A DNA stretch of 64,000 bases. Source: an uncultured Nitrospinota bacterium (lineage in GTDB: Bacteria; Tectomicrobia; Entotheonellia; J063; CAVPRW01). Shown piece by piece: positions 43,554 through 53,911 of this stretch. The stretch lies in assembly GCA_963707985.1 (NCBI GenBank), contig CAVPRW010000017.1:160001-224000 (forward strand). The letters run 5' to 3'. The notes below the pieces were generated by a model. The model was not told the origin of the DNA. It searched no databases and worked only from the letters and a program-made list of their open reading frames with translations. The stretch's first letter is position 1. Every line of letters begins with the position of its first letter. The translations under genes and the position numbers were made by a program.

Positions 43554-44749
43554 TCCAGCGCACTCACGGTGAAGCGGTGGTGCCCAGACGGCTGCCCGTC
43601 AATGCCGACACCTTGGGGCTGGCCGCGGACTTGATTGCGCTGTTTCGTGTGGCGCAGGGGCAGACCCGAGGCGAAATCGAGGCCGAGCTCCAGGTCTTGG
43701 AGGGGGACCGGACCGATTACCGCGTGAAACGGGGGCTGGCACACCTGCTGGCCCATGACTTCAGCGCCTTCGAGGTGGGAAGTCCGCTCGAACCGGCTGC
43801 GTTGCGCCAGCGGGTCTTCGCCCTGTCCGCAACCTCGGTCCCCAGTCACCAGCAGAGTCTGGCGACCCTCACAGCGGTGGCGGACGCGCTCACCCGTGAG
43901 CTCATGCGCGACATCGGTCCCGAACAGGTGCGTGCCTGGCTGTATGCCGATCTGCCGGAGGCGCACGTGTTGACCAGTTTCGAGGCGACCACCCCGGAGG
44001 TGCTGCTGGAACGCTACAATCTCGCGCAGGCCCAGGGCGTGCTCTACCGGGCGAGCCACGTCGTCATCACGGCGCACCGCAATGACCCCGGTGAGTACAA
44101 GCTCCTATTTCGTTACCTCAAACTCTTTGGCCTGATGGCGTATATCGAAGGCGATGCCGATCACGGGTTTACCTTGACCATCGATGGCCCCGCGAGTCTG
44201 TTCACGCCCAGCCCTCGATACGGGCTGGCGCTCGCCAAACTCCTCCCGGCGCTGCTGCATGTCACGCGCTGGAGTCTTACCGCCACCCTGGTGCCGCGCC
44301 AGCGATCATCGTCTACCCCCCAGGGCACCCAGTTCACCCTAGAGGCCACCTGTGGCCTGGTGTCGCACTATCCCCCAGGCAAGCCGTACGACAGCATGCT
44401 GGAGCAGGCTTTTGCGGAGCGCTGGGCCAAGACGCCAACACCCTGGCGGCTGGAGCGTGAGGTCGACCTGATCCCGCTGCCTGGGAGTGTCATGGTGCCC
44501 GACTTTCGCCTGGTGCATCCGGACGGCCGCAGCGTCTTGCTCGAAATCGTGGGCTATTGGCGTCCGGAATATCTCCGGAAAAAATTTGCCCAGGTCCGCC
44601 GGGCGGGGCGGGAGGATGTCATCCTCGCGGTGTCCGAGCGCCTCAATCTGGAGCGCGCCGGGGTCAGGCGCGAGGACCTGCCGGCGCGGGTGGTGTGGTT
44701 CAAGGATCGCGTGCTCCCCCAGGCGGTGCTGGCTGTGCTGGAGGGCTAA
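43532..44749 (+). CDS. DUF790/Bax1 family endonuclease
   Basis: LPAELL start (ATC codon at 43532 after a GGGGGA SD, or TTG 43547), YNLAQAQG.LY, IDGPASLF...YG..LA, DS.LE..FA, PDF...LEIVGYWRPEYL.KK. Confidence 0.85.
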   Translation: MLPAELLIQRTHGEAVVPRRLPVNADTLGLAADLIALFRVAQGQTRGEIEAELQVLEGDRTDYRVKRGLAHLLAHDFSAFEVGSPLEPAALRQRVFALSATSVPSHQQSLATLTAVADALTRELMRDIGPEQVRAWLYADLPEAHVLTSFEATTPEVLLERYNLAQAQGVLYRASHVVITAHRNDPGEYKLLFRYLKLFGLMAYIEGDADHGFTLTIDGPASLFTPSPRYGLALAKLLPALLHVTRWSLTATLVPRQRSSSTPQGTQFTLEATCGLVSHYPPGKPYDSMLEQAFAERWAKTPTPWRLEREVDLIPLPGSVMVPDFRLVHPDGRSVLLEIVGYWRPEYLRKKFAQVRRAGREDVILAVSERLNLERAGVRREDLPARVVWFKDRVLPQAVLAVLEG

Positions 44750-44884
44750 GGCTGGGTGGTCATCTCTGCAACCCTTGTCAGCACAGAGACTGGAGCCGCA
44801 TGGCTCAATACGTGCGATTTCCATTCGGTACACACGTGGGAACCCGGTTTTTCAGTGTGATGGCGCGTGTGGGGTTATAAGCGG

Positions 44885-45610
44885 ATGAATGCCATCTTCA
44901 TGTCCTGCCTCACATTTGTCTCCACGTTGCTAGGCGGCTTGTGTGGGTTTCGGTATCGAGACAGGCTGCATCTCATCATTAGCTTCACATCAGGGGTGCT
45001 GATCGCGGTGTGTTTCTTCGATATCCTTCCAGAGATCTTCTCCCTCGCCACAGAACATCACCTTGAGATCACCCCCTCGCTGGTCGCGCTTGTGTTGGGC
45101 TTTTTGTCGATCCACACGCTGGAAAAAGTGGCCGTCATCCATGCGGCGCATGAACATGAATATGCCGAACATCGGCATGCCATGGTCGGTTTGATGGGCG
45201 CCTCTGGGCTCGCCTTCCACAGTGTGCTTGATGGTGTAGGGATTGGCCTGGGCTTTCATGTCAACCCGCAGGTGGGCCTGCTCATTACCATCGCCGTCAT
45301 GGCCCATGATTTCTCAGATGGGTTGAATACTGTGAGTCTTATGCTGCTCCATGGCAACACGCCACGCAAAGCCACGTGGCTGTTACTGATCGATGCGCTG
45401 GCTCCGATTGTCGGAGCGAGCTCCACGTATCTGTTTACCATTCCTGATCACTTATTAACGTTGTACCTGGGATTCTTTGGGGGATTCATTTTGTATATCG
45501 GGGCAAGCGACCTCTTGCCTGAAGCCCACAGCACCCACAGCTCATTCACGATGATCGGGCTGACCATGTTAGGGATGGTCTTCATTTTCGTGGTGACACG
45601 ATTGACGTAA
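44885..45610 (+). CDS. ZIP (ZupT-like) metal transporter
   Basis: His-rich loop, FHSVLDG, AHDFSDG, ASDLLPEAH. Confidence 0.88.
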   Translation: MNAIFMSCLTFVSTLLGGLCGFRYRDRLHLIISFTSGVLIAVCFFDILPEIFSLATEHHLEITPSLVALVLGFLSIHTLEKVAVIHAAHEHEYAEHRHAMVGLMGASGLAFHSVLDGVGIGLGFHVNPQVGLLITIAVMAHDFSDGLNTVSLMLLHGNTPRKATWLLLIDALAPIVGASSTYLFTIPDHLLTLYLGFFGGFILYIGASDLLPEAHSTHSSFTMIGLTMLGMVFIFVVTRLT

Positions 45611-45708
45611 GGGATTGGCGCAAACCCCTGCTCGCTGGAGGGGGCCAGTAATCCCTTCGCATACTGGGAATGGCCAGGGGAGGCAAGGGGCGGGTCAGCA
45701 CATAGCGG

Positions 45709-48700
45709 TCATTGCCCCTCTATCTGGGCCAACGCGGCCTCGGCCTGCGGCAGCCAGAACGTCATGTCCATGGTCCGGTACAGTGCGATGGCCGCCGAGA
45801 GTTCGGCGCGGGCCTCGTCCTGGCGTCCGATCTCGCCATACAGCGTGCCTAGGCCGAGGTGGCAATGGGCCTGGAGCGGACGCATGTGGAGCGCGCCCGG
45901 CAAGCGTTAACGCCTCTCGGTAGGACACCTCGGCCGCCTGGACGTCGGGAGGGGCGGCGTGAGTGTGGACAGAACCAAGCTGGAACAGCGCGCGCGCCTC
46001 ATTCCCATGCGCCTTCTGCTGTCGGGCCAGATCAAGCGCTTGGTCCACGTGCTGCCGGGCGTCGGCGAGGCGTCCGGCCAGGAGGTCGACCACGCTGAGA
46101 TGCGTGACATGAGAGGGGTACGCTAACAGCGCCCCTGTGGCGAGACTAACACCGAGCGCCTCTTTCAGGAGCCTGAGGCCCTCGTCGAGACGTCCTACGC
46201 GGGCATAGGCCTCACCCAGGCCCCCAACGATGTGCATTGACCAGTTCCTGTCGCCAGAGGCGAGCCCGAGGGCCAGGCCCTGGTCGAGCACCTGCACGGC
46301 CGCGTCCCAGTCGCCCTGCTCGAAGTATAGGAGGCCGAGGCACCCATGGGCAATGACCGGGGCCTCGCGTCTTCTATCCACCATGGCCAGGCGGAGCGCC
46401 TCTTCCCCGTGACGTCTGCCCTCGGCAAACTCCCCGAGAACACCCAAAACCCAGGCGAGCCAAGCGCGTGAGAGAATTCCCCAAGAGGATACTCGACTGG
46501 GCGCGCCACGCGCCAACGCCTCCACATTTCCCCGAAAGAACTCGGCTGCCCGGCCAAAGTCGCCCAGGCCAAAGTATGCCTGCCCGAGGCGAAGGGAGGC
46601 TTCGCTCTGTAGAGGGGGATCGCCGAGCAGGCTTGCCAGTTCGAGTGCCTGGCGGCCTGCCGCCATGGCCCCATCAAGGTCTCCCTGGGCTCTGCGTACG
46701 AACGTCAGGGTAGACAATACCTGTCCCAACCGAACTCGGTCGTCGAGCTGTCGAGCCTGCCCTTCGGCCTTGCCTAGCAGGGTGAGACTTCTCGAATACT
46801 CCCCCAACGAGCTCAACGCATATCCTAAGAGGTGGCACAACTCGATGGCGGACCCCGCGGTGTCAGGGGTCTCCGGAAGGTGGCCAAGCGCGTCGAGGGC
46901 CTGTTCATAGCTCGTCACCGCTTCGCGCAAAGATCCGCGGTCGTATGCCTTCGCCCCCGCCTGCCGGGAATAGGCGGCTGCCTTGTCCCACACCTGACCT
47001 CGCATGGCATGATGCGCGAGGCACTCCACCTGTTCGGCGAGGCGGTCAGGGTAGAGCGCTTCGATGGCCTCGACGAGGCGGGTATGGAGAGTCCGCCGCC
47101 TCTCTTGAAGGAGACTCCCATAGGCCACCTCGTGGGTGAGCGCGTGCTTGAACATGTACACGAGCTCGGGGAAGAGATGGGCCTCATAGAGGAACTCGGC
47201 TGCCTGTAGATGCCTGAGACTCCGGCGGAGTGGCTCCTCAGGTCGGCCGGCGATCAGTTGCAGGAGGCCAAAGGGCACCTCGGTGCCGATGACGGCGGCG
47301 GTTTGCAGAAGGCTCTTCTCGCCCACGGGCAAGCGATCAATACGGGCTGCGAGCACCGCTTGCACCGTCGCTGGCATGCGGATGCTCTCCGTAGTCCTCA
47401 TCAGGAGAGACGCCGCCCGCTCACCGACCAGCTCAGGGCTTTCATAGAGGGAGGAGCGTCGTCGAGCCTGCATCAGGCGGTAGGCCCCAAGCTCGCCCAC
47501 AAGAATTTTCGTCTCCACTAGGGTACGCACGCTCTCCTCAAGGAAGAGGGGATTCCCTTCAGTGCGCTCAATCAAACGCCGCGTGAGCAGCTGCAGGCTC
47601 GGGTTGGCGCCGAGCAGAGCCTGGAGGAGGGTGGCAGCCTCTTCAGAAGGCAAGGGGTCAACGCGCAGCTGCGTATAATAGGTCTTTCCACCCCAATGGT
47701 GCTCATACTCCGGCCGATAGCTGACGAGCAGGAGCAGCTGGGCCCCCGCCAAACTCTCGACCAACGTGTCGAGGATGCCCTGGGTTCCGGCGTCGAGCCA
47801 ATGGAGATCCTCAAAAACGAGGAGGAGAGGCTTAAGCTGACTCTCCCACAGTAGTAGACGCTTCACCGCATCCACGGTCCGCTGGCGGCGCTGAGCAGGA
47901 TCGAGGGCCTGCCATTGTGGGGCCTCTGCCGACGCATTCAGCAAGGCCAGCAAGGGTTGCAGCATAGGCTCGAGGCTCGCCTCCAACGCCAGCAGTTTCC
48001 TGGTCAGCTTCTCCCGGATCTGCTCGGGATCGTCGTGATCCGTGAGCTGAAAATAGGTTTTGAGGAGATCGATCACCGGGAGGTAGGGCGTGTCCTCGCC
48101 GTATGAGGCCGCGCGACTCTCGATGATTTGCCAGCCAGGAGGCGGTTGCCGATGCGTAAACTCGTAGATAAGCCTGGACCGACCCACACCCGGCTCACCC
48201 ACAAGCGCCACCACCTGACCGTGGCCCTCCTCGGCCCAGACGAGTGCCTGGCGGAGGCCTGCCAACTCGGTCTCGCGACCAACAAAAGGGGTCAGGCCTC
48301 GTGCGGCGGAAACTTGTAGCCTGGACCGGACCGCCGCGGCCCGGAGTAGCTCGTACGCCTGAACTGGTGTGGTGAGCCCCTTGACTGGCACAGCCCCCAT
48401 CGGCTTCACTTCGAAATATCCCTCAATGAGGCACCACGTCCCGGCCGTCAACAAGATTGTGCCAGGGCGGGCGAGCTGTTCCATCCGCGCAGCGAGATGC
48501 GTGGTCTGCCCTACCGCCGTATAGTCCATGTGCAGATCACTGTCGATCGACCGTACCACGACCTCGCCGGAGTTGAGTCCGATCCGAATCTGCACCTCGA
48601 GTCCTCGCCGCCGGTAGGGTTCCCTGGCATGCCGCTCGACAACCTCCTGCATCACCAGGGCGGCATAACAGGCGCGCACAGCGTGGTCCTCATGGGCAAT

Positions 48701-49159
48701 TGGCGCCCCAAACAGCGCCATGATGCCGTCCCCCATCACCTGATTGACCGTGCCGTCATAGTGATGGACCGCGTCCATCATCAGCGTGAGGATGGGATCA
48801 AGCAGTTGACGCGCCTCCTCTGGGTCCCGGTCGGCCAGCAACTCCATGGACCCTTTCAAGTCGGCGAACAGCACCGTAACCTGCTTGCGCTCGCCTTCAA
48901 GGGTCGCCTTGGAGTGCAGGATTTTCTCCACCAGGTGCGGCGGCGTGTAGGCTTCGGACGTCTGTGAACGCGGCGTCATAGCCTGCGGCCTGCTCATGGC
49001 TGGTTGGTCGATCAGGACAGTGCCGCAGTAATCGCAGTAGGTAGCGCTGGGCCGGCCCACATTCCCACAGCTTGGGCAGGGGCGTGCGAGTGGGCTGCCA
49101 CACGCTTCACAATAGCGCGCCCCTTCCCGGTTCTCATGCTGGCAACGTGGGCAGCGCAT
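45709..49159 (-). CDS. Double zinc-ribbon-cyclase-AAA-TPR protein (gene D), frameshift ~45900
   Basis: Paralog of gene B; Walker A reads GEPGVGRSR; C-terminus MDMTFWLPQAEAALAQIEGQ* in the shifted frame; AGGAGG RBS. Confidence 0.9.
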
Positions 49160-49251
49160 GGACACCCCCCTCCTGAACAGCGGAACGCACGGGTGGGCGG
49201 TGCATGGGCAGGAGTCCCAACACGCGCCCTGCTTATGCGAGGGTCGGATGG

Positions 49252-49298
49252 TGTGTCAGTACTCCAGACGTGGATTGGTGTCAAGCGAAAAGCATGAG
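49252..49298 (-). promoter_or_regulatory. Conserved promoter-like cassette, copy 3, about 90 bp upstream of gene D
   Basis: TTGACA-ccaatccacgtctggag-TACTGACACA. Confidence 0.7.
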
Positions 49299-49312
49299 GG
49301 GACCGGAAAAGG

Positions 49313-49471
49313 TCAGGTCGTGACCAACGCCGTACGGTGCCCCGTGAGGCCGGTGACGCGGTGGATGCGCCTACTCTCCATGGCCTCGGCAGGTGTCATC
49401 GCTGGCAGGGTGGTGAGCAGGTCTAAGGCGGCGGTCAGGGAGCTGATCGCCTCGGCATAGGCCGAGCGCTC
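49313..49471 (-). pseudogene. Chimeric remnant: cyclase-TPR fragment fused to comM fragment copy 4
   Basis: ERSAYAEAISSLTAALDL (TPR part) + LTTLPAMTPAEAMESRRIHRVTGLTGHRTALVTT* (comM part). Confidence 0.8.
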
Positions 49472-49542
49472 ATCGGTGAGGTAAAGCCCTCTCACTGTTG
49501 CACCTAGTGATCACCTTGGGGGGGGTGGCATTGGATAATCTT

Positions 49543-52500
49543 CTAGGGAAGCTGCAGATACTGCGACGCGGCCTGCCCTCCCATCGGCACCGTCGCCTTG
49601 CGTTCCAACGTGCCCCACCCGACGATTGTGCCATGCATCGCCGTCAGGGCAGATTTGATGGCCACATAGTACATCAATTGCCGGTAGAGGAACCTTTGAA
49701 ACACCAACCAGATGAGCAGGCTCCAGTCTTCTTTGCGCTCAAGCAGGAAGGCCACGACTGTGGCAAGCAGATCAAGGATGAAGAAGAGCGCATAGTAGAA
49801 CAATACGTGTTGGAAGGTATCGGTCCCAGAGTCGAGTGGGTGTTGAGAGCGCTGCCAGGCCGCGGTAACCAGGGACCCCACCATGAGCAGGTCCATGACC
49901 GGTGCGATCAGCGGAAAGAAAATCTGAAAGATGAGGACGTTCGGCATTGCGACCATCCCCAAGGCGCCGTAGCGTGGGCGAAAAATGGTGTCGCGGTGCT
50001 TCCACGCGGCTTGCAAGGTACCATACATCCAGCGGAACCGTTGCTTTACAAACCCACGTACCGTATCGGGCGCTTCTGTGAACGCCATCGCCTCCTCCTC
50101 GTAGGCGACGGTGTAGCCCAGGCGTAGAAGCGCTAATGTGAGGTCCGCATCTTCGGCCAAGGTCTCATCCACAAAGCCACCAGCCGCTATGAGCAGCTCA
50201 CGGCGCCATGCCCCGACAGCTCCCGGGACAACCGAGATGCAGTTGAGCAGGGCAAAGGCGCGCCGATCAAGGTTCTGGCTGGCGATGTATTCGAGCGCCT
50301 GCCAGTTGGTGATCAAGTTGATGCGGTTGCCGACCTTGGCATTGCCGGCCACCGCCGCCACCTGGGGGTCGACAAAGTGACGGACCAGTTTGCGCACCGT
50401 ATCGTGACGAACGATCGTGTCGGCATCGAGGGTCACCACGATGTCGGCTTGGGTCTGGGCCATGCCATAGTTCAGCGCCTGGGCTTTGCCACCATTGGCC
50501 TGGGTCAAGAGACGCACCCGAGGGTTGAAGCCAAAACTCTCGCGAACGCGTTGGGCCGTGTCATCACATGACCCATCATCAACGACCACGATATCGCCAT
50601 TGGGATAGTCGGAGTCCAACAATGAGCGGATCGTGTGACAGATCACCTTCCCCTCGTTATAGGCTGGGATAATGACGCTGACCGACGGTGCAAACTCGTT
50701 GCTGTAGACGGCACGCCGACTCTGCCAGCGCTCCCACACAGCCAGTGTCCCAATGCAGAGAAAACGCAGCACCCCGAGCGCAATGCCGATGAGAAAGAGA
50801 GTATGGATAATCGTGCTGACCGCGTTTAGCAACAGAAAGCCGACGTCAGTGAGCCACGCGCCGAATCGGGCCTCTGACGGGATGGGTGGCATCACCGCAT
50901 CGCGTGAGAGGCCCAACAGATCCGAGACACGGACCAATTGAAACCCCCGTGCGCGTAACCCCGCAATGATCTGGGGCAACGCTTCGACGGTCTGCGCACG
51001 GTCGCCACCACTGTCGTGCAATAAGACGACATTACCCTCCCCACGCACCGCACCGTTAATGGTCGCCTGCACGATCTGGTCGACGCCGGGATTCCGCCAG
51101 TCACTCGGATCAATTTGCATCCCAATGGTATAGTAGCCCAGGGCTCCGGTCACGAGCAGTGGCTTTACCTGATCGGGCGTTTCGGGTTCCACATCTTCGG
51201 CGTATGGCGGGCGGAACAGCACCGATCGGCGTCCCAGCCGGCTTTCGAAGAGACGTGTCGTGGCACTCAATTCGAGGCTCAAGAGTTGCGGGCTGATCCT
51301 GGCAATATTCGGGTGGGTGAAGGTATGATTGCCAATCTCGTGCCCTTCGTCCACAATGCGTTGGAGCAGCCTGGCGTTGAGATCGCCATTGAGTCCGATG
51401 ACAAAGAAGGTTGCCGGCACCTGTTCGCGGCGGAGCACCTCCAGCACCTGAGGGGTATAACGCGGGTCAGGCCCGTCGTCAAAGGTCAAGGCGATCTTGT
51501 GTGGATCCGCCCCTCCCCAGCGCGTGATCACATACGATGAAGGGTAAGCGCTGAGGTGCTCAGCCGTCACCAAGCCCGATGGCGCATCATAGGTGATCGC
51601 ACGCGTGCCGTCGCTTGGCGTGGCCGTTACCTTGAGCACTTCACCGTGTCCCTCGTAGTCGAGGTCATAGCCATAGTGCACGAGGCGTAACGTGTCGACC
51701 GCTGTCCGATCCAGTTGCGCGCGCTGGGCCAAGACAGGCCAGATCGAGGGATCCTCGGACCCGAGACGCCATAAGGCAAAGCCCCGTGGCCCATATCGTC
51801 GCCCTGCCACCAGTTGATTGAACAACGTGACCCCATCGAGAAACCAGACGTGATGCAACACCTCGTGCTCGTCATAGTAGTCAAAGGTGGGGTTGAGCGC
51901 GACCGGATGGAGGGCAATGTTGCCTTCAGATTCCTGCGCCGTTCTGAAGGCCTCCTGAACAGAGATCTCGGTGGCGGCTTTGCTGGTTGCTTTCCAGTCA
52001 TAACCATAATTGCCCAGCGCAATCACGTACTTCTGTGGTGGGAGCTCGGCAAAGCGACGCCGTAAAGCCGCCGCATACCACTTCTGGGACGCAATGGGCC
52101 CGGCCTTACTGCTACTCCAATGCTCGTCATAGGCCATCAGGATCAGATAATCGGTGGCGCTGGCCAGACCACGATAGTCAAATGCCGGGTCATTGAGGGG
52201 TACGGACTGAGAGACCTCGAGCCCGAGGGGGCGAAACTGGGCGGAGAGTTCGTGCATGAACGTCTTGAGCGCGAGTTGTGCCGCCGCAGGCACATTCTCA
52301 AAATCAATGCTGATGCCCACACAGCCATGGTCACGGACGAACTGGAGGAGATTCTCGATGGCTCGCCCCCGCGCGGCCGGACTGGCAAGCATCGTGGCCA
52401 GCTTCGCACTCTCCCACTCCATGCGTTCCGAATTGAAGTTATTGACCAGCGGGACAATCGGGAAGTCAGGCCTGTGCTTTCGGATGTAGGTCAGCACGTG

Positions 52501-53028
52501 TGTTTGTTGTGCGGGATCGTCGATGGCGAGGGTGCCATCGGCACTGGCTAGGTGCAACCATTCCGGCATCAGCTTATCGAGGTGGGCGAGGTTCTGCTTG
52601 AGCGAGGTGAAGCTCGTATCATCCCAGTTTACATAATAGCCAATGAAGTCCGACGGACCGTGCGGCGCAGATGACTCAGAAGAGGTCACGGGGAGCCGTG
52701 CTTGGGCCCGACTTTTGGTGAGTTTCTGCTTAGCTACCACGAGATTCTGCTTGGCCTGCGCGAGTTTCCGCTTGGCCCGTTGAAATCTCTGCTCCGAGTG
52801 GTTGGGAATGGGTTGCAGCGGGGGCGGAGTGAGGTGATGCCCATGCGGGAAGGCACGAACAGGTGCCAATCCCAAACTTGGCAGCACGGGATTGATCAGG
52901 ATGCTGGCCAGTAGCACCGCGACAATGCACGAGCAAACCGCGGCGATACACTGCACCGCGCGTGTGAAGCGTCGCCAGCGACGACGCTGGGGGTCATAGA
53001 AAATTGAAGGCATATGTTCATCTGACAT
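49543..53028 (-). CDS. GH18-like + polysaccharide deacetylase (NodB) + GT2 glycosyltransferase fusion
   Basis: ISIDFE and LMAYDEH (GH18); TFDDGP, GNHTFTH, RPPY, LLHDSGG (NodB); VVDDGS, LDADT, LAEDAD, QRFRW (processive GT2). Confidence 0.9.
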   Translation of the reverse strand: MSDEHMPSIFYDPQRRRWRRFTRAVQCIAAVCSCIVAVLLASILINPVLPSLGLAPVRAFPHGHHLTPPPLQPIPNHSEQRFQRAKRKLAQAKQNLVVAKQKLTKSRAQARLPVTSSESSAPHGPSDFIGYYVNWDDTSFTSLKQNLAHLDKLMPEWLHLASADGTLAIDDPAQQTHVLTYIRKHRPDFPIVPLVNNFNSERMEWESAKLATMLASPAARGRAIENLLQFVRDHGCVGISIDFENVPAAAQLALKTFMHELSAQFRPLGLEVSQSVPLNDPAFDYRGLASATDYLILMAYDEHWSSSKAGPIASQKWYAAALRRRFAELPPQKYVIALGNYGYDWKATSKAATEISVQEAFRTAQESEGNIALHPVALNPTFDYYDEHEVLHHVWFLDGVTLFNQLVAGRRYGPRGFALWRLGSEDPSIWPVLAQRAQLDRTAVDTLRLVHYGYDLDYEGHGEVLKVTATPSDGTRAITYDAPSGLVTAEHLSAYPSSYVITRWGGADPHKIALTFDDGPDPRYTPQVLEVLRREQVPATFFVIGLNGDLNARLLQRIVDEGHEIGNHTFTHPNIARISPQLLSLELSATTRLFESRLGRRSVLFRPPYAEDVEPETPDQVKPLLVTGALGYYTIGMQIDPSDWRNPGVDQIVQATINGAVRGEGNVVLLHDSGGDRAQTVEALPQIIAGLRARGFQLVRVSDLLGLSRDAVMPPIPSEARFGAWLTDVGFLLLNAVSTIIHTLFLIGIALGVLRFLCIGTLAVWERWQSRRAVYSNEFAPSVSVIIPAYNEGKVICHTIRSLLDSDYPNGDIVVVDDGSCDDTAQRVRESFGFNPRVRLLTQANGGKAQALNYGMAQTQADIVVTLDADTIVRHDTVRKLVRHFVDPQVAAVAGNAKVGNRINLITNWQALEYIASQNLDRRAFALLNCISVVPGAVGAWRRELLIAAGGFVDETLAEDADLTLALLRLGYTVAYEEEAMAFTEAPDTVRGFVKQRFRWMYGTLQAAWKHRDTIFRPRYGALGMVAMPNVLIFQIFFPLIAPVMDLLMVGSLVTAAWQRSQHPLDSGTDTFQHVLFYYALFFILDLLATVVAFLLERKEDWSLLIWLVFQRFLYRQLMYYVAIKSALTAMHGTIVGWGTLERKATVPMGGQAASQYLQLP

Positions 53029-53646
53029 CCTCTCAAGTATCCCTGCGCTGATGCGCGGTTGATGCGGTAGAAATGGGTTGTCTCACCTCGTCGTGACCAC
53101 CAGTCCCCTCGGCTGCCCGAGAGTGTTCCTTGGTGGGGGGCATACGGCTCATGGAACGGTGCTACCCATCCAACTATGGCACATCACGACGTCGTTCCGC
53201 AAGCTGGACACTGTTGAGGCGCAGGCATGTCGAAGGACGGCTGCTTCAGCTGATCGCCGCCGTGCAGCTCGTACTCAGCACTAGCCGCCCAGCCCGTCGC
53301 GGCGTTCGGCCAGCAAGTTGGCGTACGCGTCGAGTTCGGTGGTAATGCTATCGCAGAGGGTCTGCAACTGGGAGCCTGCCTTGCCCCTGATGTTCCAGGA
53401 GGACCTAAGCTCCTCCACGTACTCTACGGCCTCGACCCGACTCTCCTCACCGGCACTCACCGCGCCAGTGCCTTGCTTGATGAGCCAGATGGGCATTTTG
53501 GCAGTCTGTTGTGTGGGATGGACTTCTACGCCCGGCGGGGGCGGTATCAGGATCAGGCGGGTGACCTGAGCGTTATTGCAGGTGATAATGACCTGAAATT
53601 GGTTGCCAGCACATATCCAATGCGAGTCAAGAGGGAGGTTGCGCTC

Positions 53647-53885
53647 TACCGCCAGGTCAAGGGCTTCGTCCGCAGCGGGAGCCGAGCGACGAGCCCATTT
53701 CCAATGGCAGATGCCATGGCTGCCGTCCTGCTCCTGACCCCGATCTTGTTGAAAATATTCCCTACATGACGCGTAACAGTCCGAGGGCTCAGGAGCAGAT
53801 TGTCACCGATCTCTCGGTTTGCTGCACCCGTGAGCGATCAGAACAAGCATATCTACCTCCAACTTGCTGAGACGGTCTGAATAGG
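53647..53885 (-). pseudogene. Degenerate LuxR-type HTH remnant
   Basis: My translation across frameshifts: DRLSKLEVDMLVLIAHG..NREIGDNLLLSPRTVTRHV.NIFNKIGVRSRTAA. Confidence 0.65.
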
Positions 53886-53911
53886 CGGCACCCGGCTGCG
53901 ATGGTGAAGGC

